64,000 nucleotides of DNA. Origin: Alkalispirochaeta sp. GTDB taxonomy: Bacteria; Spirochaetota; Spirochaetia; DSM-27196; Alkalispirochaetaceae. The position numbers and the translations under genes were made by a program. The notes under the pieces were generated by a model. That model did not search any database. It saw only the letters and a program-made list of their open reading frames with translations, and was not told the origin of the DNA. Positions 57,982 through 64,000 of the stretch are shown one piece after another. Where the stretch lies: positions 192,001-256,000 of the forward strand of contig CBDESZ010000004.1 of the NCBI GenBank assembly GCA_965242725.1, given 5' to 3'. Within the stretch, counting starts at the first letter, position 1. Every line of letters starts with the position of its first letter.

Positions 57982-60011
57982 TCCCGCGTATAGTCACCGA
58001 GAATGAATGTTTCCGCCGGACCGGTATAGGTGACCAATCCGGGGTCCCCGGGAAATTCAGCACGGAGTACCGCCGTTACCGGCGTATCGGGAGGGACGTT
58101 CCTGAGTGTAATCGTTCCCGACCACCGGGGCGGCGGGAACGGTCCGGGGCTGAAGGTAATCCGTTCCGCTTCTTCTCCGGGTTGTACGTTTGCAGGCAGA
58201 TCGGTGGCGTATAGCTGAACCTCTGAACCGGCGGCGAGCTCCATTTCCACGTACGTTGCCGGTTCAGCGAACTCTATCGAATAGGTGACGGTGCGACGAT
58301 CGAGAGACCGCCCCGGCTCAATGTGAAACTCGAGCGGTGGCGGCGGAGCCTCAACGGGGGAGGTACAGGGTGGACCGGAACATCCGACGGAGGTTTCCTG
58401 CACGCCCGAAAGAAGGACTTCGCCGGCGGGAATCGATCCCGCCATTGTGACGACGCCTCGATAGCCGATGGTCGAGCCGGACTCGTCCCCGACGGGAGTA
58501 TATCGTTCCGTTACCTCGACCGTCGCAATCGATGCCTCGCTTGTCCCGGCAATGACGATGGCGACGGATATTGCGACGGCGACGCCGGCGACCATGCCGA
58601 CGACGGGCAACAGAGAAAACTTACGAATGAGGACGTCGAGGCGAAAAAACATGAGAACCAGAGGGAGCAGGAAGACGGCGGTCACGATCTCCCGCCAGAG
58701 GGGGTGGTGTGAGCAGGTTCCTGACGGTCTGAATATCCGCTACGGCGGCAACGTTTATGAAGAGATAGACGCCGGGTATGACCGCAAGGAGGAGAAAAAA
58801 ACGCCTTGAGATATCCTTTGTGGGAGAGGCTGAAGAGAAACCCGAAAATAAAGGCGAGCACGAAAAACGCCCCGAGAATGAGACTGAATACGGAGGCGAT
58901 AACCCCGCCGATCATCAGCAGGAACAGCGCCGCCCCGCTGTAGACCGTCGATGAACGGCGAAATCTTCCGTGCAGAAAGGGATGCATCAGGGTCAATATG
59001 ACCAGGCCGAGGGATATCTTGGCTACCGCAAGGGGCAGGGCAAACTGTTCCAGGGGAAGCCGATCGTCAAGAATTCGTATGCCCAGGTTTGCGGAAATGA
59101 GGATTCCCACCAGAAGCAGGAGAAATCCGGGGAAGAGAAGAATATTGTGGGCTATTGCCATGGCGTACCGCCTTACCCGACGAGGACGTGCGACGGCAAA
59201 AAGGATGAGCAGGGAGGCGACGGTAATGAGGGTCCAAACGAGCACCCCTTCAGGGTATTACCGGGTTGGCCTGACCAAAGAGGGAAAAAGGCACGATAAG
59301 GTAATTCTGTTCCACCGGGCGGTCCGGCGGGACGGGGAGCGTTTTCAGGGCGTCCGCCAACGCCGAGACGATCGTCGCGGTTTCAGAATCGTCGGTGACG
59401 GAAAGGACCGCCGCACTCTGACCGTTCTGCAGGGCCTGTTGCAGTACGGCGTTGCTTCGGCCAAGTCCAAGGCGTGCGGTGTTTACGAGCGAGGGTGAAT
59501 AGGAAGCTGTTGCAGACCGCGTGATACCCTGGGTCAGCCAGACCGGAGATACCGTACCTTCCACCGACAGCAGCCACCTTGTATCGGTGCCGATAGTCCG
59601 GTATATGATCGCCGTCTGATCGTCGGGATTCGCGATATGCTGGACGACATCCACGACGGCGTTGTCCCTGTTTCGCGGCGCGACAATGATCGTTTCCACG
59701 TTTGTAGGTATCGTACCGATGCGCTCAACGAACGAGCCGGTCAACGTCTCCATGGGGAGGACGAGAATGATTTCCCTGCTCCCGACAGCCCGGATAACAA
59801 CGTCGGGATACCAACTGTGGTCGATGCTGTCAGGAGATTGGGGGAGAATCGTGATATCTTTACCTTGAATGGACCCGTCCGATTGGATCAGTTGGTTGAT
59901 GGGATGAACAAACGGGTGGTCCCTGGCACTAAGGGGCTGTGACAAGAGGATGAGTGCTGTTACACTGTACAAAACTGGAAATAACTTTGCACGCACGGTG
60001 CATGTGAGCAT
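57948..60011 (-). CDS. Large hypothetical membrane protein split by three apparent +1 frameshifts
   Basis: Removing one base at each of 59253-59255, 58795-58801 and 58700-58704 gives one continuous frame: exported N-domain, multi-TM core, soluble C-domain. Confidence 0.6.
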
Positions 60012-60044
60012 ATGAATCGATGACCCGCCGGTCAAGGAGATATT

Positions 60045-60566
60045 GTGGTGGAACTACTTCCCGAAATTGTCAATAGAAGAAGTGTGCGTACCTTTTCCAA
60101 TGCTCCTGTGGACCCGCACAAACTTGAACGGGTGGTAGAAGCGGGCAGACGCGCTCCGTCAGCGAAGAACAGGCAGGCTTGGCGGTTCATTGTTGTTCGG
60201 GACGAGCAGACCCGCAAAGAGATCGAGGACGCGTCGTACGGTCAATCCTACGTCGGCGAGGCTTCGGCAATCGTCGCAATCTGCACAACCAATATCGACT
60301 ACAAGATGCCCAACGGGCAGTTGAGTTATCCCCTCGACAGCGGCATCGCTGCAGCCTTTATGATGCTTCAGGCGGAACACGAAGGACTTGGGACGTGTCC
60401 GGTGACGACCTTCCGTGAGGACGAGGTCAAATCTCTGTTGAGCGTGCCCTACAAGATGCGGGTCGTGCTGCTTATCGCCGTCGGTGTTCCCGTTGACGGT
60501 CAGACTCCGTCAGTGCCGAGTGAACGGCTCCCGTGGGACCGCGTCGTCGGTTGGGAACACTGGTAG
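60045..60566 (+). CDS. Nitroreductase family protein
   Basis: RRSVRTF, APSAKNRQAW, A...GLGTC. Confidence 0.93.
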   Translation: MVELLPEIVNRRSVRTFSNAPVDPHKLERVVEAGRRAPSAKNRQAWRFIVVRDEQTRKEIEDASYGQSYVGEASAIVAICTTNIDYKMPNGQLSYPLDSGIAAAFMMLQAEHEGLGTCPVTTFREDEVKSLLSVPYKMRVVLLIAVGVPVDGQTPSVPSERLPWDRVVGWEHW

Positions 60567-61667
60567 TCACCGGGCGGTGAAGTCCCGGACCTTTGTGCTT
60601 CCCGACCGCTCCAGGGCAAGCCGGATCAGCTCCTTCAGGAGTTCGCCGTAGGACATGCCTCCCCCTTCCACCATCTTGGGAAACATGCTGATGGGAGTGA
60701 AGCCGGGAATTGTGTTTATTTCGTTTACATAGACGGAACCGTCGCGGGAGTCGATGAAGCAGTCCACCCTGGCAAATCCGGCGCCGTCGACGGCACGGAA
60801 TGCATCCCGGGAGAGTTGCTCGATCCGTGACGCCTGATCCGGCGTGATATCCGCAGGTACGGAGAGGCGCGCCCCCTGGGGGTCTTCATATTTTGCCTCG
60901 TAATCGTAAAACTCGTGAGTCGGAACCACTTCTCCCGGAGGAAAGGACCTGATCTCCTCGTTTCCCATTACCGATGTCTCTATTTCCCGCACCGTCATCG
61001 CCTGTTCTATGAGAACGACCGGATCTACCGCAAAGGCCCGGGACAATGCGGCGGCGAGGTCTACGGGACGGGTCACCTTTGTCACACCGACGCTCGATCC
61101 GGCGGCATTGGGTTTGACGAATACGGGAAATCCAAAGGCGTCTTCAATGCGTCCGGTCACCTCGGCGGCCTGGGTCGACACGCCGGCGGAGTTTCTTCGG
61201 ACTTCAAGATAGGGTACGATGGGAAGTCCCCACTGGTTCCAGAGTTGTTTGGAACGAATTTTGTCCATTCCCACCGCACTGCCGACGACGCCGCTGCCGA
61301 CGTAGGCGAGATCCGCCATTTCCAGAAGTCCCTGCAGAGTGCCGTCTTCACCAAAGGAACCGTGAAGGACGGGGAAGACGCAGTCGATGGACAAGACACG
61401 CTCCGGCGCGGTGGCCACCGTGATGCCCGCTCCGGGTACGACCAGTACCGCCCGGTCGGTGTGCTCCACGGTGAGCGCCGCCCCCTGTCGCGCCAGCCCG
61501 ATCTGATGCGTTGGATCCTGAGCGAACCAGCGACCCGTCCGGGTAATGCCGATGGGCAGCAGGTCATACTCTTCCATGGTGGACAGCTCTTTCAGTACAC
61601 CTGCGGCGGATACCAGGGAGACTTCGTGCTCGCTGGACCGACCTCCGTACAGTATCGCAACCGTCAT
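60567..61667 (-). CDS. ddl: D-alanine--D-alanine ligase
   Basis: GGRSSEHEVS, LHGSFGEDG, GSSVG, FYDYEAKY, NEINTIPGFT. Confidence 0.97.
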   Translation of the reverse strand: MTVAILYGGRSSEHEVSLVSAAGVLKELSTMEEYDLLPIGITRTGRWFAQDPTHQIGLARQGAALTVEHTDRAVLVVPGAGITVATAPERVLSIDCVFPVLHGSFGEDGTLQGLLEMADLAYVGSGVVGSAVGMDKIRSKQLWNQWGLPIVPYLEVRRNSAGVSTQAAEVTGRIEDAFGFPVFVKPNAAGSSVGVTKVTRPVDLAAALSRAFAVDPVVLIEQAMTVREIETSVMGNEEIRSFPPGEVVPTHEFYDYEAKYEDPQGARLSVPADITPDQASRIEQLSRDAFRAVDGAGFARVDCFIDSRDGSVYVNEINTIPGFTPISMFPKMVEGGGMSYGELLKELIRLALERSGSTKVRDFTAR

Positions 61668-63226
61668 CGTCGTACCTCCGCTTTCCGGTATGGTTCAAGT
61701 TCTTCCGCGACGATTCTGCTTTCGTCCCATTCGAGGGTGTGATCGGCGTAGATAATCGACACTTCGTGTCCTTTTCCGAGGAACAGGATAGTATCGCCTT
61801 TTCGTCCCAGTGAAAGAGCAAAGCGGATCGCCTCCCGGCGGTCTCTGATGATGAAAAGCTCCTCGTCGTACTGTATGCCCGGCCGTGCCGTTTCGCATCC
61901 CCGGGCAATTTCGCGCAGGAGGGCGAGTCCGTCCTCTCCGCGGGGATCTTCATCGGCGAGAATGACGACATCGCAGTGTCGCGCCGCTTCCTCTCCCAAT
62001 AGCGACCGTTTGCCGATATCCCGCTCACCGGCGGAACCGAAGAGGACGATGAGCCGGCCGGGTGTGTAGTCCTTGACCAGGGGCAGAACCTTGGCGTACG
62101 CCCCCGGCGTATGGGCGTAGTCGACTATGGGAACAAAGGGGAGGTCCCGTGCGACGATCTCCATCCGGCCCGGCGGAGACTTGAGGCGAGGCACGAGCTC
62201 GAGAAGATCCAGGGGATTATGGTCAAGCATTTTTGAGACGGTAAGGACTGCGGCAAGCACGTTTTCCACATTGAACGGCCCCGGCAGGGGAATGCGCGTC
62301 TCCCGTGACTCCCCCCGCCAGTGAACGACGCAGGTTGTCCCCGTCATATCCGGGACGATGCCGTCGGCATAGAGATCCGCCGACTCATCCCGCACGGAAT
62401 AGGAGTATACCGGTTGTCGGGTGGCGTGGCTGAAGTAGTATGCGTTGGGATCGTCCGCATTCACCACACCGAAAATCGGATACTCAGGGTCTTTCTTGCG
62501 TGACGCCGTGCGGTCCAGAGCGCGAAAAAGGTTGGCCTTGTCGCTCCGGTACTGTTCAAAATTGCCGTGGAAATCGAAGTGCTCCCGGGTGATGTTTGTA
62601 AAGACCGCCGCGTGGAAATCGATGTCTCTCAGACGGCCCGTTTTTTCACTCAATCCGTGGGAGGTCGCCTCCACTACGGCGAAACGTTTCCCGTGGTCAA
62701 GGACATCTCGAAGAAATCCGTGCAGCTCCGGCGCTTCCGGCGTTGACTGGCGGAAGGGATTCCGTTCCACCTTGAACGCCCGTTTTACCAGCGCCGTCGA
62801 TACAAAACCGGTATCCTGGTCCGCCGCCGAAAAGAGCTGGTCAATGATATAGGTTGTCGTGCTCTTGCCGTCGGTGCCGGTCACGCCGAGTACGGGCAAT
62901 TGACGGGAGGGGTGGCCGTAAAAGCGCGCCGAAACGGTACTCAGGGCGATGCGACTCTTGGCAACCTCGATAAAGACGACGTGGTCCGGCAGATCGTCGG
63001 GAAGGGTTTCACAGATGACGGCGATCGCACCGGACTGTATCGCCTGGGGGATGAATTGATGTCCGTCAACGTGATCACCGGGAACGGCGACAAACAGCGT
63101 CCCCGGACCGACCTGACGGGAGTCATAGCAAATTGACGTTATTTCCGGGTCACCGGCGCCCTTCCGGGAGACAACCGGGAACTTATCTATTAGACGGGAA
63201 AGGGGAGCTGAGATCATGGAGCGCAT
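61664..63226 (-). CDS. murE: UDP-MurNAc-dipeptide:diamino acid ligase
   Basis: DSR, GVTGTDGKST, STPE, EATSHG, DYAHTP, EDPRGE, GKGHE. Confidence 0.95.
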   Translation of the reverse strand: MRSMISAPLSRLIDKFPVVSRKGAGDPEITSICYDSRQVGPGTLFVAVPGDHVDGHQFIPQAIQSGAIAVICETLPDDLPDHVVFIEVAKSRIALSTVSARFYGHPSRQLPVLGVTGTDGKSTTTYIIDQLFSAADQDTGFVSTALVKRAFKVERNPFRQSTPEAPELHGFLRDVLDHGKRFAVVEATSHGLSEKTGRLRDIDFHAAVFTNITREHFDFHGNFEQYRSDKANLFRALDRTASRKKDPEYPIFGVVNADDPNAYYFSHATRQPVYSYSVRDESADLYADGIVPDMTGTTCVVHWRGESRETRIPLPGPFNVENVLAAVLTVSKMLDHNPLDLLELVPRLKSPPGRMEIVARDLPFVPIVDYAHTPGAYAKVLPLVKDYTPGRLIVLFGSAGERDIGKRSLLGEEAARHCDVVILADEDPRGEDGLALLREIARGCETARPGIQYDEELFIIRDRREAIRFALSLGRKGDTILFLGKGHEVSIIYADHTLEWDESRIVAEELEPYRKAEVRR

Positions 63227-63311
63227 GGTAGCAACTCCGGTGAAGTGGGACAAGCACTCACGGGGCGGAGCTGATAGATCAAATAGTAATGTCGACGTCA
63301 CAAAGGGCATG

Positions 63312-63345
63312 AAAAAGGGCGCCCCGGATCAATCCGGGGCGCCCT
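63312..63345 (-). terminator. Rho-independent terminator after hflC
   Basis: AGGGCGCCCCGGAT / ATCCGGGGCGCCCT inverted repeat followed by a T-run on the minus strand. Confidence 0.88.
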
Positions 63346-63370
63346 GCATACTTCTTTGTGGTTGTTTCTC

Positions 63371-64000
63371 TCAACCGTCCTCTGAATAGAGGAAGTCGAA
63401 GTACTGCATGTCCGTGCTCAGCGTCTTTCTGAACTCCGGCAATGTGCGGCGATATGACTCGATTGCCCGCCAGAAGGCGAAGAACTCCGCGTCCTGGCTG
63501 TAGGCGTCGGAGTAGATCCGTGCAGCTTCGGCGTCCGCCTCACCGCGGATCGTTTCCGCCCGTTCATACGCCTGGGAAAGAATGGAGCGCCGCTCATTTT
63601 CCATGGAACCGATAAGTTCCTGTTTACGGCCCTGGCCGTAGGAGCGGTACGCCTCGGCGATACGCCGCCGTTCTGAAACCATTCGATCGTAGACGCTTTC
63701 AGTAAGGTCATCGGAATACCGAATCTGTCGAATGATAATGTCCTGAAGATCGATTCCGAGGGTTGAAGCGGTTTCCTGCGCCCTGTTGAGCATTTCATTG
63801 GAAAGCTCCTGACGTCCCCGGCTGATTTCCTGTCGTTGTTCCACCACGGTCAGCAGATCGGCGATTTCCTGGAGGCGATCGTCCGATTCGTCACCCTCCA
63901 TGTCTTCCGGTAGTACCTGTTCCGCCTCGGAGGGCAGCGCCTGATCGCGGTTGATCTCATTGATCACGTTGCTGTCCCGCACCGCCTCTTCAATTTCGTT
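63371..64000 (-). CDS. hflC: FtsH modulator HflC (5' part outside the window)
   Basis: VYDRMVSERRRIAE.YRS.G, IRGEADAEAARIY..AY..D.EFF.F.R. Confidence 0.92.
   Translation of the reverse strand, partial: NEIEEAVRDSNVINEINRDQALPSEAEQVLPEDMEGDESDDRLQEIADLLTVVEQRQEISRGRQELSNEMLNRAQETASTLGIDLQDIIIRQIRYSDDLTESVYDRMVSERRRIAEAYRSYGQGRKQELIGSMENERRSILSQAYERAETIRGEADAEAARIYSDAYSQDAEFFAFWRAIESYRRTLPEFRKTLSTDMQYFDFLYSEDG

Noticed and set aside
57948..60035. Three separate small genes as given by the ORF track
   Set aside because: The junctions coincide with homopolymer runs and the first and last pieces share a frame, so one frameshifted gene is more parsimonious.

Overview
GC-rich chromosomal segment, most likely from a free-living spirochaete (Spirochaetaceae-like, inferred from FA-x-G-x-x-E signal peptides on the solute-binding proteins, a DUF3996-like outer-membrane protein, and an rluA / DUF212 / rnf arrangement). 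1-17.1 kb holds two LacI-associated carbohydrate uptake and degradation clusters (ABC transporters, membrane AraC regulator, GH43, an uncharacterised six-hairpin hydrolase, an esterase). 17-29 kb holds surface proteins and signalling genes (two MCPs and a membrane HD-GYP). 29-64 kb is mostly housekeeping: Mrp, pcnB, RluA-family synthase, an Rnf-like cluster, prfC, Uup, four-subunit 2-oxoacid:ferredoxin oxidoreductase, GH57, GltS-like symporter, cdd, K+ channel, dapL, dinB, ddl, murE, hflC. No rRNA, tRNA, CRISPR array or mobile element was seen. Highlights: (1) a 48-aa secretion-type peptide ending in KWGG, with its own consensus promoter and terminator, directly upstream of a multi-TM HD-GYP protein, a candidate peptide-to-c-di-GMP signalling module; (2) an Rnf-like complex that has lost the RnfA/E Fe-S cysteines, the RnfD FMN threonine and the RnfG flavin domain; (3) an unannotated 32-aa membrane peptide in a highly structured stand-alone transcript resembling a type I toxin locus. 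Five single-base homopolymer insertions at 50-59.3 kb are probably sequencing errors. All family calls are from motif recognition by eye; no database searches were run.
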